Part shown: piece by piece, positions 16,760-25,331 of the stretch
How positions within the stretch are numbered: position 1 is the stretch's first letter
Layout: every line of letters starts with the position of its first letter
NCBI RefSeq assembly: GCF_016127575.1
Contig: NZ_CP066019.1
Location: 2,340,001 to 2,372,000 of the forward strand
Length of the DNA: 32,000 nt
Direction: 5' to 3'
Source: Cupriavidus necator
GTDB taxonomy: Bacteria; Pseudomonadota; Gammaproteobacteria; Burkholderiales; Burkholderiaceae
The notes under the pieces: model-generated
What the model was told of the DNA's origin: nothing
Database searches by the model: none
The model's input: only the letters and a program-made list of their open reading frames with translations
Translations under genes and position numbers: made by a program

Positions 16760-18082
16760 CTACACCAACCCGATATCCCGCCCCCGCACCCCCGGAAACA
16801 CCTGCGCCAGCCGCGCCTCATCGAGCCCGTACAGCCTGCGGAAGACCCCGCCCAGCACCGCCCGGTACTCATTGCGCACCGGCCAGTCGCGGTTCTGGTT
16901 GAGCGTGGCTTGTTCCACCGCTACCTGCTCACCAATGATGCGGCCGCCACGCACGGTGCCGCCCGCGACCCAGTAGACGGTGCCGTGGCCGTGGTCGGTG
17001 CCGCGCGTGCCGTTCTCGCGGAAGGTGCGGCCGAACTCGGACAGCACCACCACGGTGGTCTTGTCCCACACAGGACCCATCTCGGCGGCGAAAGCAGACA
17101 GGCCGCGGCCGAGGTTGTCGAGCAGGCCGGCCAGTTGCCCCTGTGCGCCGCCCTGGTTGACGTGGGTGTCCCAGCCACCCACGTCGATAAAGCCCAGGTT
17201 GAAGCGCTCGCGCATCAAGCCCGCCATGCGCCGGGCCTCGACCTCGAATCCGCGCGCGCTGAGCGAGCGGCGGTTGGCGGCCTGCATTTCCTGCATGCGC
17301 GCGGCCATGGTGCCGGCGTCGTTGCCTGACATGCCGGGCTGCGGCTGCGCCTGGCGCGCCACCGTTTCGCGCAGCTCGAAGCCTTCATCGATCAGCGATT
17401 CGAAACGCGTGCCACGGTACATCTGCGCCAGCAGCTTCGCCTGGCGCGCATCGAACGGGGCGCGGCCGCTGCCCTTGAGCGAGACATTGGGCACGTCGCG
17501 CGGACCGGACAGCACCATCGGCAGGCCGTCGGTGAAGGCCACGGGCGCGGCCTGCCCGCCCATGGCCTGCGCCAGGCGGTTCAGGAAGCCGCTGCCGCGC
17601 AGCGCGGCCACGGACTTGCGGTCCTCGCCTTCGCCGGGCAAGCCGGCCTCGATCCCGTCCTGGGTCTCGAAGTGGCTGCGCGACAGGTCGTGCGTGCCGG
17701 CGAACGGCACGAAGGCCAACTGGCCGCGCTGCCATAGCGGCAGCATGGTCGCGGCCAATGCCGGGTGCAGCGCCCAGTCGCCGATGCCGCGCGCGGCGCT
17801 GTCGGCGGCAAAAGCCGGCGCCAGCGCCACTGCCGCGTTGGGGTCAGCGTCCGCACCGGCCGCGGGCGGGCGGCGAATGGCGATATTGGGCCGCGCGGCG
17901 TAATAGAAATCACTGCCGGCCGGCACCAGCGCGCTGGTGCCGTCATAGCCGCCGCGCAGGAACACCAGCAGGAAGCGCGCATCGGCCCGCGCCGGCAGCG
18001 CATAGACACGCGAGGCGATGGCGGGCAGGGCCAGCCCCAGCGTGGCGCCGCCCATCGTTTTCAGCCATTGTCGGCGTTGCAT
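16760..18082 (-). CDS. DUF1501 family protein (sulfatase/alkaline-phosphatase-like fold), Tat-exported
   Basis: Start re-set from 18190 to the ATG at 18082, with AGGGAG upstream. Twin-arginine signal MQRRQWLKTMGGATLGLALPAIA. C-terminal block GTRGTDHGHGTVYWVAGGTVRGG is typical of DUF1501. Confidence 0.8.
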   Translation of the reverse strand: MQRRQWLKTMGGATLGLALPAIASRVYALPARADARFLLVFLRGGYDGTSALVPAGSDFYYAARPNIAIRRPPAAGADADPNAAVALAPAFAADSAARGIGDWALHPALAATMLPLWQRGQLAFVPFAGTHDLSRSHFETQDGIEAGLPGEGEDRKSVAALRGSGFLNRLAQAMGGQAAPVAFTDGLPMVLSGPRDVPNVSLKGSGRAPFDARQAKLLAQMYRGTRFESLIDEGFELRETVARQAQPQPGMSGNDAGTMAARMQEMQAANRRSLSARGFEVEARRMAGLMRERFNLGFIDVGGWDTHVNQGGAQGQLAGLLDNLGRGLSAFAAEMGPVWDKTTVVVLSEFGRTFRENGTRGTDHGHGTVYWVAGGTVRGGRIIGEQVAVEQATLNQNRDWPVRNEYRAVLGGVFRRLYGLDEARLAQVFPGVRGRDIGLV

Positions 18083-18095
18083 GGTCTGCTCCCTG

Positions 18096-19682
18096 TCAGC
18101 GCTGCATCCACTCGGGCGACCCGAGCAGCACGGTATTCCATTCGGCCTGCGATTCCGCCTGGCCCAGCGCGGCGCGCGTGGCGGGGCCAAGGGTGGCTTC
18201 GATGGTGTCGAAGTACAGCTTGTTGCCGATCATCGGAAAGCGCGCGCCGCGCGGCCTCGCGTCATCGCCGGCAAACAATCCCGCCGGCCCCGAGCCGATC
18301 GCGCGCGCGATCTCGAAGCGCCGCACCATCTGGCCCGAGCTGGCCCACGCGCTTTCCGACGATGGATAGCCGTCCGGCGCCACGTGGCCGTAGAGCGGCT
18401 CGCCGAGCTGGTTCAGCCAGTTCATCACCGGGCGCAGGTTGGTCACGGGACGACCTTCATAGGCGAGCCGCATCGACGACACCACATAGACCATCGGATC
18501 CTTGAACTTGCGCGTGGGCGCCGCCAGTTGCCGGTCCAGTTCCGGCGCCAGGAACAAGGTGCGCAGCACCGCGGCGATATCGCCATCGGTGTACGTGAAG
18601 GTCTGCGCCATGCGCTCGACCAGCGCCGGCGGCGGGTTGTCGGCGATGAAATAGGCGGCCAGCTTGGCGCTGATAAAGCGCGCGGTGGCCGGCTCGCGCG
18701 CCAGGATCGACACCGCTCGCGCCACTTCGTCGAAGCCGGCCGGCTCGATGCGCTGGCCCAGCAGCATCTTCGCACCGAAGTCATGGCGCGCGGGGTTGAA
18801 TTCGAACAAACCCTCACTGCGGTACAGCCCCGCGCGCGCCGGCGGCAGCCGCGGCAGCGGCGTGCCGCGCAGGTTGACGCCCACGCCGGTCAGCACGCGC
18901 GCCAGCTCCTGCACGTCCTGCTGGGTGTAGCGGGAGCCGCTGGGGCCGCCCGATACGCCCATGGTATGCAGCTCCATCAGCTCGCGCGCGTAGTTCTCGT
19001 TGATGCGGTTGGCGCTGCTCTGGGTGTTGTCGAGGTAGACCAGCATGGCCGGCGCGGTCACGCTGGCCATCAGCAGGTCGCGGAAGCGGCCCAGCGCGTG
19101 CGGGCGGATGGCGCGCTCTTCGTAGTCGGCCAGCAGCAGCCGGACCTGGCCCTTGCCCGAGTAGACGTTGAAATGGTTCATCCAGAACCACGTCATTTGC
19201 TCGCGCAGCTGCGCCGGAGAATACAGCGCGCGCAGCAGGTGGCGCCGCGCGGCATCGGCCACGATCTCGCGGCCCTGCGCGTTCAGCGCCTGGCGGGCCT
19301 GCTGCTTGCTGTCGTCGGGCAGCGCGTCGATGCGCTGGCGGGCGTCGCGTGCGGACTGGATCTGCGCGGCGGCATCGGCCTGCAGGTTGGGCAAGGCTGC
19401 GATGACGGCCGCCAGTTCGGGCGGATCGGCCAGCGGCAGCGTCAGTTGCTGGTCGAGGAAGCCCTTGCGGCCCAGCCGGCGCAGGTCGCCAAGGGTGGTC
19501 TGGTCAGCGCCGTAGGTGACAGTGTTGAGCCAGCGCAGGTCGGTGGCGGCGGTGCTGCCGCCAGCCTCGGCCGGCACCTGGGCGCAGGCGGCCAGGCACG
19601 CTGCCAGTGCCAGTGCCGCGGCGGCCCGCCAGGCGGCGAGCGCGCCCCGGCCGGATTGTCTCGAATGCTGCGCCGGATTCAT
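18096..19682 (-). CDS. DUF1800 family protein, probable lipoprotein
   Basis: Start re-set from 19736 to the ATG at 19682, with GAGGAG upstream. Signal with LAAC lipobox. DUF1800 hallmarks MTWFWMNHFNV and NENYARELMELHTMGV. Its stop is 13 nt before the DUF1501 start. Confidence 0.75.
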   Translation of the reverse strand: MNPAQHSRQSGRGALAAWRAAAALALAACLAACAQVPAEAGGSTAATDLRWLNTVTYGADQTTLGDLRRLGRKGFLDQQLTLPLADPPELAAVIAALPNLQADAAAQIQSARDARQRIDALPDDSKQQARQALNAQGREIVADAARRHLLRALYSPAQLREQMTWFWMNHFNVYSGKGQVRLLLADYEERAIRPHALGRFRDLLMASVTAPAMLVYLDNTQSSANRINENYARELMELHTMGVSGGPSGSRYTQQDVQELARVLTGVGVNLRGTPLPRLPPARAGLYRSEGLFEFNPARHDFGAKMLLGQRIEPAGFDEVARAVSILAREPATARFISAKLAAYFIADNPPPALVERMAQTFTYTDGDIAAVLRTLFLAPELDRQLAAPTRKFKDPMVYVVSSMRLAYEGRPVTNLRPVMNWLNQLGEPLYGHVAPDGYPSSESAWASSGQMVRRFEIARAIGSGPAGLFAGDDARPRGARFPMIGNKLYFDTIEATLGPATRAALGQAESQAEWNTVLLGSPEWMQR

Positions 19683-19880
19683 GCCTTGCTCCTCGCCCTG
19701 TTCGATCAACATCACTATGTTACGTGGCAAGCGCACATTGGTTGACCCGGAGGCGCCGCCGGAGTGTTACCAGTGCTTTCAGCACGCCGATTGCCGGATT
19801 TGCCAAGACAGCGGCGCGCTGCCTGGCTAGCCTTGCGCTCTGTCCCTCCGATCCCGCCCCCGGCGGAAACGCCTGCTTGC

Positions 19881-20804
19881 ATGTCGCGCCCCCTGTCCGC
19901 TGCCGCCTGGCTGCCCACCGTTGGCTTTGTCCTGATCTGGTCCACCGGCTTTATCGTCGGCAAGGCCATCGTGCCGCTGGCCGATACCAGCCTGTTCCTG
20001 CTGGGCCGCTTTGCCGTGGCGGCGCTAATGTTCGTGGCCTGGTCGCTGGCGGCGCGCGCGGCCTGGCCGCCGCTGCGCGAGGCGCCGCGCCACCTGCTGG
20101 CAGGCGCGCTGATGCAGGGCATCTACCTGTGCGCCGGCTACGGCGCCGTGGCCAGGGGCCTGCCGCCGACGATCATGGCTCTGCTAGGCGCGCTGCAGCC
20201 GCTGCTGACCGCGCTGCTTGCCATCCCCCTGCTGAAGGAGCTACCTTCCAGGCGGACGTGGCAGGGCCTGGCGCTGGGTGCGCTCGGCGTCGCGCTGGTG
20301 GTCGCCCCGGCGATGCAGGCCGGCATTCACCCGGCCGCGTCGGCCCTGTCGCCCTGGATCGTGCTGCTGGGCGTGCTGGCCATTGTCTCCATCACCATGG
20401 GAACCCTCTTGCAGAAACCCGCCATCGCCGCCTGTGACTTGCGCGCCAGTTCCGCCTGGCAGAACCTGGGCGCCATGCTGGTAGCCGCCGCGATGGTGGC
20501 GATCCAGGCCGCCGACGCGCCGCTGCACTGGCATGGTGGCGTGGCGCTGTGGGCCGGACTGGCATGGGCGGCGATCGGCCTGTCGGGCGCCGGCACCTGG
20601 CTGCTGGTCAGCCTGGTGCGGCGTGGCCAGGCCGCCAATGCCGCGGCGCTGATGTTCCTGGCGCCGCCGCTGGCCGCGCTGCAGGCCTGGCTGCTGTTCG
20701 GCGAACGGCTGGATGCGGTGCAGGCGCTGGGCATGGCGGTGGCCGGCGCGGGCGTCTGGCTGTGCCAGACCCCTGGCAGGTTGCGGCATGCCGAAGCCCG
20801 CTGA
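19881..20804 (+). CDS. DMT-superfamily (EamA-like) transporter
   Basis: Start re-set from 19764 to the ATG at 19881 (MSRPLSAAAWLPTVGFVLIWSTGFIVGK). About 10 hydrophobic helices in two repeated halves. Confidence 0.8.
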   Translation: MSRPLSAAAWLPTVGFVLIWSTGFIVGKAIVPLADTSLFLLGRFAVAALMFVAWSLAARAAWPPLREAPRHLLAGALMQGIYLCAGYGAVARGLPPTIMALLGALQPLLTALLAIPLLKELPSRRTWQGLALGALGVALVVAPAMQAGIHPAASALSPWIVLLGVLAIVSITMGTLLQKPAIAACDLRASSAWQNLGAMLVAAAMVAIQAADAPLHWHGGVALWAGLAWAAIGLSGAGTWLLVSLVRRGQAANAAALMFLAPPLAALQAWLLFGERLDAVQALGMAVAGAGVWLCQTPGRLRHAEAR

Positions 20805-21552
20805 ACCCCAAGCCTCGCCGCTGGTCGAGCATCGGCGCTACCGCCCGCAGCCTGACGGCCACCAGCACGGCTACCACCAGTTGCTGTTCGGTCTGGCCGG
20901 CGCCACCGAGCTGGAGATCGACGGCCACGTCTATCGCGTGGACGACCGCACCGGCCTGATCGTGCCGGCCGGCAGCCATCATGAATTCCTGGGCTTGGAC
21001 GGCAACCTGCAGCTGGTGGCGGACTTCCCGGCGCGCTCGGTGGCACTGCCCGCGCGGCTGATGACGCGCCCGCGCACGTTCCCGCTGGACGGCGCCTTCG
21101 GCAGCCGCGTGCGCGCGCTGGCGGCATGGCGCGCCGCCGCAGCAGCACGCGGGCCGCAGACCGACTGGCACCTGGCGGCAACGCTGGCCGCGGCGCTGGC
21201 GGACTGCCTCGGCATGCCCGGCGACGAGCAGGTATTCCCGCTGATGGCCGTTGATGCCTACCTGCGCGCCAACCTGGCCGCGCCACTGCGCGTGGCGGAA
21301 GTCGCCGGGCATTTCGGCTGGAGCGTGCGGCGCTTCCAGACCCTGTTTGCCGAGGCCTTCGGCGATACCCCGCACCGCTACCAGACCCGGCTGCGGCTGG
21401 ACCGCGCGCTGCAGCTGCTGACGCAATCCACGCTGCCGCTGGCCGAGATCGCGCTGGCGTCAGGCTACCCGGACCAGACCACCTTCACGCGCAGCTTCAC
21501 GCGGCGCTTCGGGCAGCCGCCCGGGGCGTGGCGGGCGGCCGCACGCGGCTAG
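20788..21552 (+). CDS. AraC-family transcriptional regulator (cupin-like N-domain + dual HTH)
   Basis: C-terminus VAEVAGHFGWSVRRFQTLFAEAFGDTPHRYQTRLRLDRALQLL...IALASGYPDQTTFTRSFTRRFGQPP. The start is placed at ATG 20788, giving a 17-nt overlap with the EamA gene, and is uncertain. Confidence 0.85.
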   Translation: MPKPAEPQASPLVEHRRYRPQPDGHQHGYHQLLFGLAGATELEIDGHVYRVDDRTGLIVPAGSHHEFLGLDGNLQLVADFPARSVALPARLMTRPRTFPLDGAFGSRVRALAAWRAAAAARGPQTDWHLAATLAAALADCLGMPGDEQVFPLMAVDAYLRANLAAPLRVAEVAGHFGWSVRRFQTLFAEAFGDTPHRYQTRLRLDRALQLLTQSTLPLAEIALASGYPDQTTFTRSFTRRFGQPPGAWRAAARG

Positions 21553-21810
21553 CCTGCCTGCGCGGTAGTCGATTCTGGCACCGGACTAACCGTGGTGACC
21601 CTCTCGCGTCGAGGCGAGTTAGAGGGCGGCGCAGGTTGAACGTGCGGCGTATAAGGCTTCCGCCCCTTGCGAGATCCGAGCGCTTAGCGCCGCATTGATC
21701 TGCGTCAGACTCAGATCATGCAGGGAAGCTATTGTGTCAATAGGGCCCCGCGAGTCCCGATATCGCATCGGACTCAACGGTCTGCTTGCCCAGTTTCCCA
21801 GGAGGGCGCC

Positions 21811-22431
21811 ATGGCCACCCCACTAGCCACCTCGCTTCCAACTTCACCTTCCGCCGCGCTTTCCACCCCGGGCCCGACACCGCTTGCCGCCTGGCATACC
21901 GACCATATCCATTTCGCCTCAATGCTCGACCTGCTGGAAAAGCAGGTCAGCACCTTCCATCAGGGCGAGCAGCCCGACTACGGCCTGATGGCCACGATCA
22001 TCCAATACCTGCGCAACTATGGCGATTGCGTGCACCACCCCCGTGAGGATGTTGCCTACGCGCTGCTCGTGGACCGGGATCCCGGCACGCGGATCATCAT
22101 CAGCCGGTTACTGCAGGAACATCGCGTGATCGCCACAGTCGGCGCGGAATTGCTCGACCGCCTGCGTGAAGCCCAGAGCGAGGTGGTCACCTCGCGAGCG
22201 GCACTGGAAGCGGCCGCCGCCATGTACCTGGTGTACTACCGCAACCATCTGTCCACCGAGGAGAAACAGGTCATGCCGCGCGCCGCCCGGTTCCTGACCG
22301 AAGCGGACTGGGCGGAGGTCGCCGCCATCGATCCGGCCAGTGCCGATCCGCTATTCGGCGCCAATGTGGAGAGGCGCTTCGCGACTTTGCGCAAGCAGAT
22401 CGACAGTGAAGCGAACGCGTCCATGCACTGA
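21811..22431 (+). CDS. Hemerythrin (HHE cation-binding) domain protein
   Basis: Start re-set from 21718 to the ATG at 21811, with GGAGGG 5 nt upstream. Contains H-x3-E style motifs (HTDHIHFASMLDLLEK, CVHHPREDVAY, YYRNHLSTEEKQVMP). Confidence 0.7.
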   Translation: MATPLATSLPTSPSAALSTPGPTPLAAWHTDHIHFASMLDLLEKQVSTFHQGEQPDYGLMATIIQYLRNYGDCVHHPREDVAYALLVDRDPGTRIIISRLLQEHRVIATVGAELLDRLREAQSEVVTSRAALEAAAAMYLVYYRNHLSTEEKQVMPRAARFLTEADWAEVAAIDPASADPLFGANVERRFATLRKQIDSEANASMH

Positions 22432-22694
22432 ACGTCGGTCGCTTCGCGGCACTGCCGGGCCTCGGCTCAGAACTTATGCCTGCGGCGAGTGTCTTGGCCC
22501 TGGCAGAAACCGTCCCGGGCTTTTTAACGGCATCCGGCAACAGCAATGACGGACAGGTATTGCAGCCTATTTGCCGCTCTGGCGGCCCAGCAGCACCGTC
22601 TCGCCGGTCTCGCTCGAGTGCCGGCGCAGGGCGTCGCGGACCGAGGCGCCGGTGCCCTCAGCCCACCCTCAGCCTCGCCATGACGATGGTTCTT

Positions 22695-23303
22695 CTATAG
22701 CAACCACTCCCCGATCATCCGCAGGATCTCCGCCTTCACGGCTGCAGGGTCCATGGAAGCCCGGTTCAGGCGGTGCACGGAGATACCGCGCAGCAGGCTC
22801 ATCAGGATGAAGGCCGCGGATTTTGTGTCCACGTCCGCCCGGATCTGCCCAAGGGTCTTCGCCTCGTTGAGCTTGTACTCGACGTAGGCCATGTTCTTTT
22901 CGTTGTAGTCGTGGACAAAGCCATGCAGCGGCGAGTCGGCAACGGACGAGTCAAGCACGATGAAAAACATCGCGCGGATACTGTTGACCGCGTTTTCCGG
23001 CCGCTGGGTGTAGGCGTCCACCAGCGAATAGATGCCGTGAATGCCGCGGGTATCGCTGCCGTCCTTCTTGCGCTGGGCATTGAATTCACGCGAGAGCTGT
23101 TCCAGACATTCCTCCAGCAGCTTTTCCTTGGAGCCGAAGTGATTGTGCGCCAGGCCGCGGCTATAGCCCGCCTTGGTGCCGACTTCATTCATCGTCAGCC
23201 CGGCGAGGCCTTTTTCAGAAATCAGCTCGATTGCGGCCTGCACCATACGGCTGACAGACTCCTCACGCCGTTGCTCCTGGGTGCGACTGGTTTGCTGTTT
23301 CAT
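22695..23303 (-). CDS. TetR/AcrR-family transcriptional regulator
   Basis: N-terminal HTH RMVQAAIELISEKGLAGLTMNEVGTKAGYSRGLAHNHFGSKEKLL. Many more A/T-ending codons than the left half of the window. Confidence 0.9.
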   Translation of the reverse strand: MKQQTSRTQEQRREESVSRMVQAAIELISEKGLAGLTMNEVGTKAGYSRGLAHNHFGSKEKLLEECLEQLSREFNAQRKKDGSDTRGIHGIYSLVDAYTQRPENAVNSIRAMFFIVLDSSVADSPLHGFVHDYNEKNMAYVEYKLNEAKTLGQIRADVDTKSAAFILMSLLRGISVHRLNRASMDPAAVKAEILRMIGEWLL

Positions 23304-23543
23304 AGGTAGTGAGCGATATGTCGCCTGCGGCGCGCCGACCGATGCATGGATCGGCCGGCTATGTCTCGAAGCAGTGGTAATGGTCCATGGCGCCGTTGTG
23401 GCTGCGTTGAACAGGATATGGGTCTGTTCACGCGGAGCTGCACGGCGCCCAAATTGTACCGAAGCGAACGGGCCACTTTTCAGAACTGCGTCGACACAAG
23501 GCCCTGCGTGCGCAGTTTCCGGCGCAGCAGTAAGGCCAGGCGC

Positions 23544-24506
23544 TCAACTCGGCCGGATATTGGCTTTTTCCGCCACACCCTTGAAGCGCAGGTATTCCGC
23601 ACGCTGGAATTCCCCCAATTCGCCGAGCGCCTTCTTCAAAAAGGTACCCGCGCGCTTGGACTGGTATGCCTTTGCCGCCTCGGTCCCTTGCGCGGCGGAA
23701 ATCGCTGCGGCAAGCTCCTTGAGCTTGTCCTGCGGGGTGCCGGCCTTCATCGAGAAGGACGACCACACGTAGGATTCAAAGTCCGCATAGCCCAGTTCCT
23801 TCATCGTCGGGACATTCGGCAACAGCTTGTCGCGCGCCCCGCCGGTAATCGCGAGCACGCGGAGCTTCTTGGCCTTTTCCATGGGGGCGATGCCGGTGAT
23901 GTCGTTGAGGGCGATGTCCAGCCGGTTGCCGATCAGGTCCGTCACCATGGGCGCTCCGCCCTTGTACGGCACGGGCGTGGTCTTGATACCCGTTACCTGC
24001 GCCAGCCACTCGCCTACCAGGCGATAGCCTTCGGAATAATTGCCGATCGAGATCGGGTTGCCCGTGGCCTTGTAGCGGGCCACCACATCCGCAATGCTGT
24101 TGTAGGGTGAATCGTTGCCGGCCACAAAAGCGGCGGCGGAGATCGCCAGGCCGTGCAGCGGCACCAGGTCCTTGAACGGGTCGTAGCCCAGGTCCTTCAC
24201 CATCACCGGGTTCACCGCGATCAGCGAGTTGCTGCCCAGCAGGATGGTGTTGCCGTCCGCCGGCTCCGCCAGCACAGTGCGCACGGCGATGAGGCCGCTG
24301 GCCCCCGGCTTGTTCTCGACCACGATGGAGCGTCCCAGCGCCTTGCCGATCAGCTCCGCGTAAAAGCGCGCGCCCTCGTCCGAGCCGCTGCCCGCCGTGA
24401 AGGGCACGATGACGCGAATCGCCTTGCCCTGCGCCCGGGCGATGTAGGGGAAACCCAACGCTGCCGCGCCCGCCAGCAGCGTGGCGCCAAATTGTCTCCG
24501 TTGCAT
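23544..24506 (-). CDS. Bug-family (TctC-like) tripartite tricarboxylate transporter substrate-binding protein
   Basis: AGGAGA SD. Signal MQRRQFGATLLAGAAALGFPYIARA. Bug hallmarks IRVIVPFTAGSGSDEGAR, VVENKPGASGLIA, VPYKGGAPMVTDLIGNRLD. There are no tctA/tctB genes in the window. Confidence 0.9.
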   Translation of the reverse strand: MQRRQFGATLLAGAAALGFPYIARAQGKAIRVIVPFTAGSGSDEGARFYAELIGKALGRSIVVENKPGASGLIAVRTVLAEPADGNTILLGSNSLIAVNPVMVKDLGYDPFKDLVPLHGLAISAAAFVAGNDSPYNSIADVVARYKATGNPISIGNYSEGYRLVGEWLAQVTGIKTTPVPYKGGAPMVTDLIGNRLDIALNDITGIAPMEKAKKLRVLAITGGARDKLLPNVPTMKELGYADFESYVWSSFSMKAGTPQDKLKELAAAISAAQGTEAAKAYQSKRAGTFLKKALGELGEFQRAEYLRFKGVAEKANIRPS

Positions 24507-24551
24507 GGTGCTTGTCTCCTGTATATCGAAATGGTTTGGCCTTGGCCGGAT

Positions 24552-25331
24552 TCAGTCTTCAAAGACCGGCAGCCGCCTTTCGGCCATGGCCTTCACGCCC
24601 TCGGCCATGTCCGGCCCCGCAAACTGGGTAGCCTGCTCCGCGCTCTCGCGCGAGATGGCGTTGCGGATGTGGCTGAGCGAGTCCGCCTTCAAGGTTTGGC
24701 GGGTGGACTGCAACGCACGCGGCGATGAAGTGGCCATTTCCCGGGCCAGTGCCATCGCGGCGGTGCGCACCTCCGCCTCGGGGACGATGAAGTCCACCAG
24801 CCCCAGCTCACTGGCGCGGGCGCCATCTACGCGGGCGCCGGTGTACAGCAACCACGCCGCCATCTGCTTGCCGATCAGCGCCGGCAGGGTGTAAGAGAGC
24901 GCGAAGCCAGGGTGAATCCCGAGCCGGTTGAAGTTGGCCGAAAACCGGGCCTTTGCGCATGACACCCGGAAGTCCGCCGCGAGCGCCAGGCCAAGGCCGC
25001 CACCCACGGCCGCGCCCTCGATGGCGGCCACAATCGGCTTGCTGAAACTGAAGATGCGCAGTGCCTCCAGATAGATGGGATTAATGCGCGAGGCGCTGCG
25101 CCCCTCCGCGCCATTGCGCCGCGAAAAATCCGCCCCCGCGCAGAACGCGCTGCCGCCCGCCTGCAGCAGCACCGCACGGCAGGTCTTGTCGGCCTGCAGC
25201 CGGTCCAGCTCGTCGGCAATCCGGGCAATCATCTCCACATCAAAGAAATTGTGCGGCGGGCGGTTCAGCTCGATGATGGCAACATGGCCGTCGCGGCTGG
25301 TCAGGATGGCCTGGTTCGGCGTCTCAGACAT
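24552..25331 (-). CDS. Enoyl-CoA hydratase/isomerase (crotonase) family protein
   Basis: Start re-set from 25394 to the ATG at 25331 (AAGGA upstream), giving an 8-nt overlap with the upstream ACAD stop. Crotonase motifs AVLLQAGGSAFCAGADFS and PIVAAIEGAAVGGGLGLALAADFRV. Confidence 0.9.
   Translation of the reverse strand: MSETPNQAILTSRDGHVAIIELNRPPHNFFDVEMIARIADELDRLQADKTCRAVLLQAGGSAFCAGADFSRRNGAEGRSASRINPIYLEALRIFSFSKPIVAAIEGAAVGGGLGLALAADFRVSCAKARFSANFNRLGIHPGFALSYTLPALIGKQMAAWLLYTGARVDGARASELGLVDFIVPEAEVRTAAMALAREMATSSPRALQSTRQTLKADSLSHIRNAISRESAEQATQFAGPDMAEGVKAMAERRLPVFED

Noticed and set aside
16733-16760. gcccc...ggggc inverted repeat between the convergent PBP and DUF1501 genes
   Set aside because: The stem is only 5 bp with an 18-nt loop, and it overlaps the DUF1501 stop codon. 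That is not enough to call a terminator.
21574-21590. Sigma54-like TGGCAC-N5 element upstream of the hemerythrin gene
   Set aside because: The -12 element reads TAAC instead of TTGC, so the invariant GC is missing. The site is more than 220 nt from the start codon.
21695-21708. FNR/CRP-type box (TTGATctgcGTCAG)
   Set aside because: Only the left half-site matches TTGAT-N4-ATCAA. The better palindrome in this region has 9-nt spacing, which is incompatible with FNR.
22480-22535. Possible intrinsic terminator after the hemerythrin gene (…cccgggcttttta…)
   Set aside because: A T-run is present, but I could not pair a convincing GC stem immediately upstream of it.
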